Shown here: piece after piece, positions 50,218 through 63,589 of the stretch
Layout: every line of letters starts with the position of its first letter
How positions within the stretch are numbered: the stretch's first letter is position 1
NCBI RefSeq assembly: GCF_018977255.1
Contig: NW_024704742.1
Location: 113,834,001-113,898,000, forward strand
Length of the DNA stretch: 64,000 bases
From: Callorhinchus milii
Lineage: Eukaryota
Reading direction: 5' to 3'
Notes under the pieces: generated by a model
Database searches by the model: none
The model's input: only the letters and a program-made list of their open reading frames with translations
Told to the model about the DNA's origin: nothing
Translations under genes and position numbers: made by a program

Positions 50218-53200
50218 CTATAAATGAATATTCTATATAAAAAGTATAACAAATTATAATAAAATATAATAAAAAAATAACAAGTGCTATATAAATGTAA
50301 ATATAGTTTTTGTTGGACAGCCGGGTGTCCAACACATGTGGAAACCCATCAACATGCTTAAGAGTATTCAAACCAGACTGTGAGTTCCACATATATATGC
50401 CGCCCACAATTGGAAATTTCCCTGTACCTGGAATAGAATATGTACGTACTCTCTCTAGAGAACACCATGCTTTCCTAAGTCTGGAGAGTTTTAGAGAAGG
50501 TTGACAAGAGCCAAAGCATGGTCATGCCAGAGTGACTGTTGGGTATATTGCTGGACTTTAACCAGCTCATAAAGATGGGCCTTGAAGGAGGCAAGGGAGG
50601 GAGCGAGGCAAAGGGACTGTGGGATGGAATTCCAAAAAGTTGGAGCAGTAAGGCTGAAGGCACAACCAACGATGGTGGTGCCGGCCGGATGGGGGATATG
50701 GAGCAGCCCACTGAGCGGAGGGAGCGGACAGGTCTTTATGGAGGGGCAAGACCATGAAGGGCTTTGAAGGTGAGGATGGATATTTTGAACTCTATCCTCT
50801 ATCCTCTGGGGGATGGGGAGCCAATGGAACCAGGCGAGGGTAGGGGTGATGGGGTCACAGAGCTGGTACAAGACCAAGCCTCACCAAGCTCTGAACCAAT
50901 TTAATGGCCACTCCACCCTTCTCAATGTGGAATATTGATTACAGTTGTAGTCAGTATTCCACATTGCACAATTCTTACATACACTTGCAGATTAAAGTAT
51001 GTTTTTTTGTTCAGGATTATACAGTACTTTTTCAACGCTGTACAAGATTCACTATGATTTTTTTTATCATTTTCTTGCTTCTTTGGCTTGAGAATACCAC
51101 ACCATGTAAGTTTTACTCAGACAATTTAACCTAAAGAAAATCTCTGTGTACTTAATGGAGACCTGAGTAAAGGTTCTGGTATTTATCATTTATACTAAGT
51201 GACACTGCTGGCTACATACATGTGATAGGATCTATAAACATGTCATTGTCAGTTATTACTCTTTTTAATAGCAAAATGATATGCATATTCTTAGCTCTGT
51301 CAATATTTCATTGCTTTGCTTTTGTGGAACGGTAACATTAGTAAACAAAAATAATTGAAATGGTGAAAAGCAGAAATAAAAAGGAAAACTGCAAACACTG
51401 TGTTGTAGCACTTTTTCCTCTGAGTCAGAAGGTCGTGGTTTCACGGCCTATGTCAGGACTTTGAACTCATAGTTTAGGTTGGACGTGTCCTGGGTAGTCC
51501 TGGGGGTGTGCTGCATTGTTGGAGGTGTCCTTCTTCAGATGAGAATTTAAACTAAGGTCCTATCTATCTGTTAAGATAGTCATTAACAATCCCATTGCAC
51601 TATTCAAAAAGAGACGGGAGTTTTTCCCAATGAAGTAAAATTGATCATTAACTTTTGCATGGTGTAAAATTGAGCTGTCATGTTCACCTAATAGTCACTA
51701 CAGTCTACAATATAATCCAACAAGGCTCTTTGAGACATCTTCCTCATGTGAGAGGCGCTATATTAAATGTAAGGATTTTTTGAAAATTGTTTTTCCACCA
51801 GTGCGGTTTCTGTCCTTTCATCTGTTGTTTTTTTTCAGTTCCACTGTGTTGTTGAACTGGTGTAGATTGTCAGTGTTTTAGTTTTCTTTTCAGAATCCCT
51901 CAGCTGGTGAGAGAGAAGAGTCTATGACAAGATGGTAGGCTACGTTGAAATTTAATGTCAGCACCTTGTCAAAACTCTGTCAAACATGAAGCTGGTGCCC
52001 TGGAAATAAAAAGATAACCATATATGTCATTTTGAGATATTTGACCTGACATGAAAAGTGCTCTATAAATGTAAATCTAACATTTTGGGAAGAATTTAGG
52101 TTTCAATTTGCAGTCTGTAAATTTGTGTTTTTATACAGCTAGAATCAAAGATTCAATTCTGATGATGTCATCTTATGTCGTAGTTGCCTGTTGTCACATG
52201 GAAATGTGGACATAACATATATGACCAGCAAAAAAAGATACATGCTTAGCTACCTCAACAGTGCAGGAGATTGGATTCATTCTCTGTTCAATTCTACCCT
52301 TGCCAAATGTGGCCATCAGTTCTGTCAGGGAAATGGGCAGATCGATTGGTGGATCGCTTTTCCAGGGATAATAATCCTTAAAAAAAAATAATAATTTGGT
52401 CACTCAATCCACCACTGTTTGTGGGACACTGCTGTGCGCAATTAGCCGCTGCGTTTCGCCCACAAATATATAGTTAATTCACTTTACAGTGTATTCCGTC
52501 AAATGCTTTGAGACGTCTTGAAGATGTGAAAAGCGCTACATCAAATGCAAGGATTATTATTGTTTATTTTAGATCTGTGAAACAGAATAATGCTATGCAT
52601 TCACTCAGCGGGTCCTTTCATCCATTTTTCATCAAATTTTAATGGGATATTCAAACCCCAAAGTAGGCAACATTTTATTGGAAAATGAATGCAAAAGAGC
52701 TGAAATCAGATGACTTCAGATTTGAATTGACTGTGGTTCACATCTATGTTAGTGTAAGTTATCAAATTTATTTATTATTGAATGTCCTTTCTCATTTACT
52801 ACAAATTTCAGCTGAACCTGGCTTTGTTCTCTCCAAGCTTACACTCATAGAGCACACTAATAGGCACACATGATCGAACTGAGACTAACCCGGACTGATA
52901 ATAAAACACCAGGAAATCGTTCATCAGTCTCCACAAAATAAGGGCAGAAATATATGAGAAATCATGTCAGCTCCTTTTCCAATTAACAAATAAGCTTGTA
53001 ATTCCAAATATTATATGAATTCTTTTAAAATTATGTTTATATATATGTATGCACATAGACATTAAAAGTACTAGGTAAAATTTTTAATCCCGATTAAAAA
53101 AAAATTAGTCTGTTTTGCTTTGCTTTTTGCTTTGCAAAATAGACTTTTTCTTGACCGAAAACAGACAATAAAACAGTGAGGCAGTTAGGTAGGTCCCTTT

Positions 53201-55339
53201 GCTCTCTTGCTCTCTCTCTTCCCTGATATTGTTCTCTCTTAGACCTGGGGTTCTCAAGTCTAATAACTGGTAGTTCAACAATCGGTAAGCCAGGAGTTCA
53301 ATGCATAACGTAGTCAACTTTGGTCCAACCTGAGTTCCGGGGAGGTGTGGGGGTGTGGTGGTATGGGCTAGGATCACCACACCCTTGGACCAACAACAGC
53401 AATAACTGGCATTTATATGGCACCTCGGAATGCTCAGAGGAAGTCTTAGACCAGTTAATAGTTTAAGAGGGATTTGGAGTCAGTGGGGAATTCATTTGTC
53501 TAGATTATAACTAATAAGAATAAAGCAATAGTTAGGCTATTCACCTCCACTTTGTTGTCTCAATAATTTTTATTTTGTGCCAGATTGGTAGTTTTATAAC
53601 CAACTTGGGAGAGAGTTGCACTATTACAACTAGGTATGATTTTATTTGTTATGAACATATCATTTTAATGTCTTTAGCCAAAGGGAGAATTTGAAATGTG
53701 AGAAGGTTGTTTAAGGTGAGATAGAACTTGAGTTGGGCAGCATATGACAATGTGGCTGTCGATACAGTTCAATCCCATTATAATGCCATGGTTTAGCTCC
53801 ATAAAATCAGACCCTCTGTTATAATGGAGCATTCTATAAAAATAAGTGCTAGTCATTGCTTCTGGATCAACAGGTCACCACTAGCCTCACTTCCTGTGTG
53901 CTGCGTATGGCTTCATGGCTAATTGTGGACATTGCCGTATGCAAATTGGCTGCTGGTTCGTGCACAAAATATACTTTCCAGTAAATCCTATGAAGCACTT
54001 TGAGATGTCCTTCTGATGTGAAAGGACCAAGGATATCAAATGCAAGGATTGTAAAAAAAATGAGTGCAGGAAGCCTACAACCTTTCTTATGAGTGTTTAG
54101 TTGGGGCGTCGATAGATGCCAATAGGCTTCTGCTCTTCTATACAAATGTACTTTTGTATTGTATGCCCTGCGTAGGTAGCCAGCAAGTCAGTGCCAGAAG
54201 CCAGAAGTCCATTATACTGTAGCTGTGCTACAATGTGGTATGATGTAACAAGGTCAGTCTGTACTATGATGATAACAATCCTTGTATATGATATAGCATT
54301 TTATCACATTGTCCAGACATCTCACAGTGCTTCACAGGATATATGGTAAAATGAATTGACTATGTATTTTGTGGGTGAAACTAGTGTTGGAGTTAAGAAT
54401 TATGCTTTAGATTTTATTGAAGGAAACACATGTTCCCTGATTCTCTCAACAGTGAGAGTTGTTTCAATATCAGCAACATGCTTTTCGGTTGAGGTAAGAA
54501 GTCATACAAATGGGTGAAAAACAAGCTCCCTCGCATAGATTCAGCATCAGATTCATTCAACCTATTTGGGAAGGAATGAAAAGAGCAAAGGTATTTTTAT
54601 TTAAAATGGCAAATGTTTTAAAAATTTAAAATTGATCTATCACAAGACCTTTACACAGACTCCATATCTGCAGTGCTCTTTAGATATCTGCTTTCACAAA
54701 TTTATAAGTCCCTTCACCCCCACAACCTCCTGTCACAGGAAAGCATGAATCTTTTGAAGCGTGAGATAGCTTGTATAAACTAGACTGAAGTCTGCTACTA
54801 TTGACTAATGATGGTGGTAATGAGTAGTAATAGAACCATGACAACAGAGGTCAGACCTTGCACTTAAACAAGAGAGGTCAGGTCCAGCTAGGGCCCCAAA
54901 CCACCGATAAGCATCTCAGGACTACTATATACAGAGAGTAAACAAAATAGTGACCAATTACCACCCACAGGAAAGTTTTCTCTACCGGGCAATAAAATGG
55001 AATTAGGTAAAAAAAATGAAATCATAGAAAGTTTACAGCACAGAAGGAGACCAGTAACACTGGTGTCTGTGTTGGTGCTGACTCCCTCCCTGAGTTTACC
55101 GTGTCTAATGACATTCTCTTCATCATTGTCCATACTGTATTATGTTTCTCTCATGTACGTTTCTCTCATGTATTATGTTACTCTCATGTACTCTCAACTA
55201 TAGTGAGTTCAGCTTCCATGCAATGAGGTGGCGGATTGATGCCGTTTAGTTAAGATTTGGCTGACAAGCCGATCCAGGACTTTTTTTTGTATCTGCATCA
55301 TAGTGAGACATGTGTAGAGAATTAGGTGCAACAAAAGAT

Positions 55340-55684
55340 TATAAATAATAAATACTACTACTACTACTAATAATAATAATCCTTGCATTTGATATAGCGC
55401 TTTTCACGTCGGGAGGACGTCCCAAAGCGCTTCACAGAACACACTGTAAAGTGAATTGACTGTATATTTGTGGGCGAACGCGGCAGCCAATTGCGCACAG
55501 CAATGTCCCACAAACAGTTGTAGATTGAAAATGACCAATTTTATTATTGTTTTTGGTTTTGGAGGGATTATTATTAGGTGTGTGGAGTAAGGAAACTTGC
55601 CCAAGGTTTCGCCCTCTGCCTGGAATTGAACTCAGGTCTCTCACTTGCGAGGCGAGTGCTCTAACCACTGAGCTACAGGACTCC
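55340..55684 (-). mobile_element. Full-length tRNA-derived SINE, same family
   Basis: Same head, body and tail. Confidence 0.92.
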
Positions 55685-55941
55685 ATAATAATTTGGTGAC
55701 TCAATCCACGTCTGTTTGTGGGACCCAATTGGCTGCTGCGTTTCGTCCACAAAATATACAGTCACTACATTTTACAGTCTATTCTGTGAAGCACTTTGAC
55801 ATGTCTCGAAGATGTGATAAGGCGCTATATAAAATGCAATTTTATTATTAATATGCAATATTATTATTATTATTAATTCACCTTTAAGTACTATTTGGTT
55901 CATCTTCAGCAGAAATGTCTGATAAGGCAGCCCACATTTTA

Positions 55942-56812
55942 ACAACAACAACAAATTGCACTTGTACTGCGCCTTTCACATCAAGAGGACTCCTAATATG
56001 CTGGACAGTCAGGGATCTGCACCCAAGCTGGTAGTTGGGATTAGGAGTGGTGGAGGGCGGGGAGGGTAGGGTAGGAGGGTGACTGAGGCCATGGTCGAAG
56101 AGGAGGGTCTGAAGACAGGTCTTGAAGGAGAGGGCTAGGCAGCGGGACTGTGGGATGGAGTTCCAAAGGGTGGAGGCAGAGAGGCTAAAGGCTCGCCCGC
56201 CAATTGTGGGGCGGGCAAGCCGGGGAATGTGAAGCAGACCAGAGCCCGCTGAGCAGAGGGAGCGGGCAGGTTAGTAGGGGTTAGGAGGTTACAGACGTAG
56301 GGAGGAGCAAGGCAGGGAAAGGCTTGAAGGTGAGAACTAGGATTTTGAACTGTATCCTCTGAGTGATGGGGAGCCAGTAGAGTCGGGCGAGGATAGGGGT
56401 GATAGGGTCCCGGAGCCTGGTGCTGGAGAGGACACGGACTGCAGAGTTTTCTGTATGATCTGCAGCCTGTGGAGGGAGGAGATGGGGAGCCCGACAAGCA
56501 GGAAATTTGTGCAGTCAAGCCTGAATGTGATGAATGTGTGTTTGAGGGTCTCGGCAATCTGTGGTGAGAGACAGTGGCGGAGCCGGGCAATGTTGCGGAG
56601 GTGGGGAAAGGCAGAGCATGGCACGGATCTGGGGTATGCAGGACAGTTCAGGGTTGAAGAGGATGCTAAGGTTTCGTATTAGTTCTGTGAGGTGTAGAGT
56701 GTATCCATGAAGGGTGATCCATGGTAGGCACTGACGCAAGCGAAGTAGGAGGGCCTCGGTCTTGTTGACATGCGACTGGAGAAAGTTAGCTCTCATTCAG
56801 GACTTGATGTCC
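55942..56812 (-). mobile_element. Degenerate L2 LINE 3' fragment
   Basis: HLRNIARLRHCL and RLDCTNFLLVGLP motifs; (TTG)n tail. Confidence 0.85.
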
Positions 56813-57683
56813 TAACAACCTCCTTTGAAACATTTCTTCTAATCAACCCTGTTTTCTATAAGTGATAATCTCCAATTTGACGTCAGTCTGGTAGCACTCT
56901 CGCCTCTGAGTGAAAAGGTTGTGGGTTCGAACCCCATGTTGGAAGACTGAATTCATGGTCTAGGGGGATACTGAGTAAGGGAGAAGGAAAGGGGGAGGTA
57001 AAACAGCAACAATGACTTGCATTTCTATAGCGCCCATCATGCAGTTAGCGGTTAACAGCGGTGTGGTTTGACACTAAGCTGGAAAGAGAGGTGACTGAAG
57101 ACACAGGCAAAGAGGATAATCTTCAGGTGTGATTTGAAGATGGGCAAAGAGGAAAAAGATGAAGGGATTGAGCCAAGAAGTTCCCGCGATTCAGGGAATA
57201 GTGGCTGAAAGCACAGCCGCCAAAGGCTGAGTGGAGGAGATGAGAGACGTGCAACATACCTGAGCCAGTTGAGGTGAAGGCAGCTTCTCAAAACGCTTCA
57301 CAGGTAATTCCCACAGTGTACTCTGACTGTTTATTTGCAGGCAAACAGCAGCCATTTTGCGCACAGCAATGTCCCTCAAATTGCAATGAGGTGAATGACT
57401 ATTTTATCTGGAAGATTATTGGCCAGGATATTGGGAGAAACTCCTTCTTTTTTTCAAATAGCTTCAGCCTAAATAAGCTGATGGGACCTCAGTTTAACAT
57501 CTCATCTGAAGGACCGCACTTCCAGTGAAGCAGCGCTCCCCAGTGCTACACTAGATTGTCAGCCTGGCATGTGAGCTCAACTCCCATTGTGACTTTAAAC
57601 TTTAAACCTACATCCCGTCTGATCGGGGGGGAAAGTGGTAGAGAGTGCTACCAGCTGAGTCAAAAGACTAATGGGAAATTTAC

Positions 57684-58086
57684 CTAAATGCCTTTACTTT
57701 TATGGCACTTTCGAAACATTTTGTTGGCTCTTACGGGTCTGCATAAACAGTCAAAGGAGAAATTTATTGATAATTTCAAGTTTCTTGGGAAAAATACTTC
57801 CTCTGCCAAAGAGCTTAAAACTCATACAACTGTGTTGCGACACATTTTGTAACAATGAGTTCTATTTGGCACCGCTGAAATATCACAGCTTCTCCCTCCT
57901 GCAGCTTTTTGGGATAGGACGTCAACACTGCGGTCAGCTCGTGACCTGTGACTATGCCGTACACAGTTCCACAGAATTCCACAGAAGCCAGCCAACAGTG
58001 CGGAGTTTGGAACAATTTGACAAAACCTTTTGCGCGTGAAGTTGTGAAATTTACCATTCCAAACCAGAAGACCTAAATCCCTTCCC
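57684..58086 (-). pseudogene. 403-nt exon-like block of the putative decayed gene
   Basis: ttttttaacaAG|G GGA AGG...ATT TAG|GTAAAT; 134 codons in one frame with only 2 stops (GRDLGLLVWNGKFHNFTRKRFCQIVPNSALLAGFCGILWNCVRH...); retains CpGs. Confidence 0.55.
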
Positions 58087-60689
58087 CTTGTTAAAAAAAT
58101 AAATTTTTTCACATCATATTTCATCATATTTCACAGACAAATTGGTATCAGCCTTTACTTATAGTTTATGTTTCTATCAAGTCTGAATATGTGATGTTTA
58201 ATAAAAATTAGAAAATAACAGAAATATACAGCTGTACAATCTACACATGAAAGAGAAAAATAGGTTAATGTATTTAGCCGCCTCTACATTTTTCCCACTT
58301 CTTCAATAATGTCTACTGCTTCCAGTTTAAGCGTTTTGAGACCTTCTTTCACATGAAAATACTCTAGAAACAAGTCGTTTCTAGGATTTTTTTCTCTGAA
58401 GTATTCCACTTTTGCTAGGGATGGAATACTGACTACTGGCTGACAAGTAGGACTGAGCTGTTGTTAGGATTACCATTTTTCAGTCACCATCATCTGGTTG
58501 TCAAGTGTCGATCTTATTGAGCCTTAAATTGGTTTCACAGACATTAATGCACATTAATGAAGTACAGAATTTGGTGCAGAGTTGAGGAGAGAATGTGTCA
58601 CTCACAGAGTCAGTCCATGTAGAGGAGGCTGAGAGTTTGGCAGGAGGTGACATCCCCATCGCTGTGGTATCAGACACTTGGAGGACCTTCTGAAAGGACT
58701 GAAAATAAAACTGAATGCAGTCACCCAGCCCCTCTGTGCCACCATCAGTGGCCAAACCTTTAACCATGACACTCCTATTCTCCTGCCTCAATCCATCTGG
58801 CTCGTCCCTTCTTTATCCATCTTTAAGTCCCACCTGAAGTCCTAACTCTTCGCCCCGCCCATTCCCCTTCTCCTTTGCTTTGTGTCCAACTATGCAGTGT
58901 TCCAAGACACTATCCTGCGTGAAGGGTGCTATATATGAATGCAAATTGTTGGCATTGTTCTTATTTCAATATTTCAAGACTGAGAGTTCCATGTTTGCAA
59001 CCTAAACGTGGAAATTTACAAATCTACAACAGTTCTATGTTGATATATATCAGTGAGCATCTAAAATAGGTGACCAGTGGAATTAGCATACAAGGAACAT
59101 CAAAGATGGGGCACACATGTCTCCCACAGTCTGTGCCATCACAAAGCCTTGGATAAGTGACAGTAGGCATTGCCTGTGTCACAGAGGATTGTGATACACA
59201 AGGGCAAACACAGGATCTTTCCCAAATAAACATCTTCAAAACTGAAACTCTATGTAAATAAATAAATAAATGTTCATTTGGCACAAATACTTGCAGCATT
59301 TCATTTTTATTATTTGTACTTAAAATAAAGGTCAGAAATACAAATGAGAGTAAACTAAAAGTTTTATGCACCAAAACAAAAAGAAAAAGGAGAAAAGATT
59401 AGTTCCCTGACTGTCCAAATGTCCATTACAAAAAGAACAGAATGTGGTTTGCAGTGCTTTATAATGTTTTCCTTGTGATAATTATAATATGATCATTTCA
59501 ATTATCACAAGGAAGGAACGCATTATAAGAATAATCTTTGCATTTGATGTAGCCTTATCACATCATAATGTCTCTAAGCAAGCACATCACCAAGTTTGTC
59601 ACACAGCAAAGTCCCTCAGACAGTCATAAAATGAATATCTGGACTTATTATCTGAATGATTGTTAGCCAGGGCATTGGGAGAAACTCACTTCTCTTTTAG
59701 AATAATACTATGATATCTTTAACATGCACCTGAAGAAGAAGACAAACAAAGACAAGGTTTAATGTTTTATCCGAAGGACAACACCTCTGGCAATGCAGCT
59801 CTCGCACTGCACTAACGTGTCAGACTGGACTGTGAACATTATGAAATGTTGCAAATTTCACTCATTTTCAAAAAAAAATTGTCAATCTTTCTACCCTCTC
59901 CTCCAGGAGGCATTTTATTTCTTTAGATAAATCTATAATTGTCAATTTCCCTCTGGTATTCTGCGCTGTAGAATATTATTCAAAGAAGAGGTACAGAGTC
60001 AATGTTACGAAGAATAATTTCAGGACAGATACCGGGAAGTATTTCTTTTAGGAACAAGTTATGAAAAATGTTGGTAGAAGTCAGAACACTGAGGTAATTT
60101 AAGCAATACCTTGTACTTCAGTGGGAGGATGGTAGGAATGGTATTCATTAATGTTGAGATCAAATATTTTTACAAAGTTTTGTTTTTGTTTATCCAGGTG
60201 TCTGACATGTGTGGAACCCATTGCCCTGCATAAGAATATCTAAACCAGAATGAGAGTTTCACATATGCATCCCAGCACAAAAGGAAGGCATTCAGCCCAT
60301 TGAGGCTATTTTGGTGCTAGTTCCTCTAATGGAGTAATATACCTAAATACCAGTTTCTGGTGTTTCTTTGTACTCGTCATGTTATTTTTCTTCAAATACT
60401 GATCCAATACTCTTTAGATGTTGCTACAATCTTAGCTTGAATAATCACTGGTGGCAAAGGATATTTTAATAGGTAAACAGCATAAATATGCATCTGCTAT
60501 TCATTATACTCTCATCCTTTCCTTCAGCAACTATACACAAGCGGGCATGTTGTTTCAAACAAAAGATATGGAAATAATAAAGTATTTAATCTTCATACAT
60601 TGCAGGAAAAGACTGCGATGAGACCTGGAGTTACAGCTTGATCAGTTGCCTTATGTGTGTTTTTTTATATGTGGCACATATCAATGTGA

Positions 60690-61476
60690 ATGTGAACACG
60701 ACTGAGGCCCTCCTGATTGGCTCGCGCCAGCGCCTCTGCACCTCAGGCTTTGGCAGCATCAACCTCCATGGTTGCACACTTCAACTCACCAAGCCAGTCA
60801 GGAACCCAGGTGTCTTGTTCGACCCTCAACTGTCTTTTCTGTCCCACATTCAAGCCATGACCTGCTCTGCCTTCCCTCACCTCCGTAACATTGCCCGACT
60901 CTGCCATTACCTCACCCCTCAGGCCGCTGAAACTCTTGTTCATGCCTTCATCACCTCCAGGCCCGACTATGCAAACACCCTGCTTGTCGGCCTTCCCAAC
61001 TCCTCCCTCCACAGGCTGCAGATAATCCAGAACTGCGCAGTCCGTGTCCTCTCCCGCACCAAACTCTGCAACCCCATCTCCCCCATTCTTGCCTGACTCC
61101 ATTGGCTATCTATCCTTCAGAGGATCCAGTTCAAGATCCTGGTCATCACGTACAAAGCCCTCCTGGCTCCGGCCTGCTCCACGTTCCCCAACCCACCCAC
61201 CCCACCATTGGTGGGAGAGCCTTCAGCCACTCTGCCCCCAACCTCTGGAATTCCATCCCCCAGTCACTCTGCCTCACCCCCTCCTTAGCCTCCTTCAAGT
61301 CCCGCCTCAAAATCCTCCCCTTCAACCATGCCATCTGTCACCCCCCCTTCCCCTCCCCTCCCTTCTCCCTTCCTGACCCCAGCTCGGGTCTGAAATGCTG
61401 TACACTGTCCAGCGCCTTGGGACGTCCTCCCAATGTGAAAGATGCTAAACAAGTATAATCTTGTTGTTGTTGTTGT
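60690..61476 (+). mobile_element. Degenerate L2 LINE 3' fragment
   Basis: TEALLIGSRQRL...HLRNIARL...SRPDYANTLLVGLP; (TTG)n tail. Confidence 0.87.
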
Positions 61477-63589
61477 CAATCACTTGTCTTCCACCACAGT
61501 TTACCATCAAAATTTCTCTTGATGGTGTTGCTTAGATAAATGTGAAACCAACAAGGCCACTCATGATGCACATTTGTTTTGCAAAAGCTAAAACTTTAGC
61601 AAATCATGCTAAATCAGTTTTACTACTAACAATTTGAAGGCAGTAAGTTAGTTGAACATATTCGAGTTCTATTATAGATTTTTTTTCTCATCACTCTTCT
61701 TCCATCAAGACTTTAGTAGACGCCTGAATTTATTTTTCTTCTGCTGGGACATAATGGTATAGTTTGCAGCATTCCTTAACCTGTTCCTTAACACGGGCAT
61801 TCATTCCTCGCCACCATTAGTAGCATGAGGTTGTAATGTCCTGACTGGCCACTGATGGCCACGCTCTAAAATTCAAACTCACCTGCTACCATTTTCAAAT
61901 GAGACATCAGAGATTTTCTTTTTTGGCTCTTCAAGAGCCAGGTAAGCATTTTTTTGTTTCAATACTAATTTTCTGGGCTGTATCTTTAACTGAGCGGTAA
62001 GAATTGTGCTCAGTACGAGTAAAATATGTTACTTTATAATCGAGGGCTGGGCACTTGGGCCTGGCCGAGATAAATAAGTTAAGGAACTCTGCAAATTTTA
62101 ACTACCTACATTTTAATGGCATCAAATGTCCTCGGTACAATATTTGGGCCAGTGGCCATTTTTCTTAATTGTACCTTTACTGTGAGTATTGACAGGCTAT
62201 TTGATTGAGGAGACTATAAATAGGCTTTAACTTAGTCTCACTCAGGGGCAGAAAGTTATTCTGGTTCTAGATTTAGATTATTTTCTTAACATTTTGGAGA
62301 GTGCAAATTTAAATAGTGCCCGTCACACAGGGTATTGTCTCAAAGTACTTAAGGAAATAGTCTAAGAATAGATGAAATTTGAATCCTGTTACAATTACTG
62401 TGTGTCCAACTACAATTAAATTTTTTCAGGAGAAGGAGGTTCTATAGTCAAAAGTGTTTCTTCAGAAAACCGATGCATTTCATTGACATTAACATTGCCC
62501 TTAAAATTCCTCATACATTCTTAAAATATTAACAACTCACATACCACAATCTGGATTTAGTCAATGTACATCCATCAGTGGTTTTCCTTATGTTATTTTT
62601 CAAACATAAATTTTAACGACAGACTCCATAATTGATAAAGTCTTACGTGATGGGATTTTAACCAAGTTTGAACCACAATTATAATTCTTCGCTACATTTT
62701 ATACCAACTGAAATGTGACCATAACTAATGCATTCTTTCACAGATGGGAAAAATGCTGTGAACGGATACAGAAGCCCATTAATCTAGCACGACTGCTGAG
62801 TTTGGCTCCCTTTTCATGAAATGTAATCTGACAAGTGTCCACTTTGCAATGGTACCCTAACACCTCTGTTAAACAATGTTACTCAGAAGTAATTGCTTGG
62901 GAAGCAGATATGATGACGATGTGGGATTTTAGTTCATCTGTTGCTCACTGTCTATTAATTTTGTCGATTAAATAGTCTCCAGTATATGGATAAAGGAAAA
63001 CTGGTGCTTATAGGTTAGTTAAAAATCTAATGATTAAATAATTATTCTATGTATGAACACAACCAATGCTGTGTATTTAGAAATAAGGCAATGAATTAAT
63101 TACTTCTTCTTAGAAAAATTCATAGAGGCCAGAAATTCTACCTTTAAGATCACTATGTCTTGCAAATTCAGATTATGCAAAATTGAAGAAAAAAACACAA
63201 ATTCAGTCAATTTCTTACAGTTCGTAGAAAATGAAAAGTAATGAATAAAAAGGGTTGTAAAATAATCCAAGATACATGTATTTGTTCATTTCTGAGTGCA
63301 GTTGCAGCAGATAAAATTAGAAAAATGTAAAACCATTTGCATTATTTTACTGTTTCTCAATAATCTCTGAGGAAAATCAGTAGCTTTTGGTATTAACTTT
63401 TGAGCAACTGAATCGACACTTAACACATTTCACTAAACTCGTATCATCCTTCTATTGGCTTTGATTTCAAGTAGCAGAAGGGAATTCTGATATCCTACTT
63501 TAGTCGATCCTTTGTTATCCACTACTGGAAAACTCCTTTAACTTCTAGGTAATAATGTCTCATGGCTTCACCAGTCAACTTGATAAAAA

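Larger units (their letters stand above)
29190..63570 (-). pseudogene. Putative decayed multi-exon protein-coding gene of unknown identity, convergent with TMEM167A
   Basis: Non-repeat blocks bounded by pyrimidine-rich AG acceptors and GT donors: 59002-59249, 57684-58086, 54561 acceptor, 53545-53833, 50885-51130, 50125-50217, 47786-48001, 43170-43637, 35801-36000, 31272 acceptor, 29430 acceptor, plus a large block ending at donor 61505. Phases mostly chain; in-frame stops are scattered. Outer boundaries approximate. Confidence 0.55.

Noticed and set aside
54380..59249. Selenocysteine or readthrough explanation for the many in-frame TGA codons in pseudo-exons
   Set aside because: TAA and TAG stops also occur and no SECIS was seen; ordinary decay is simpler.
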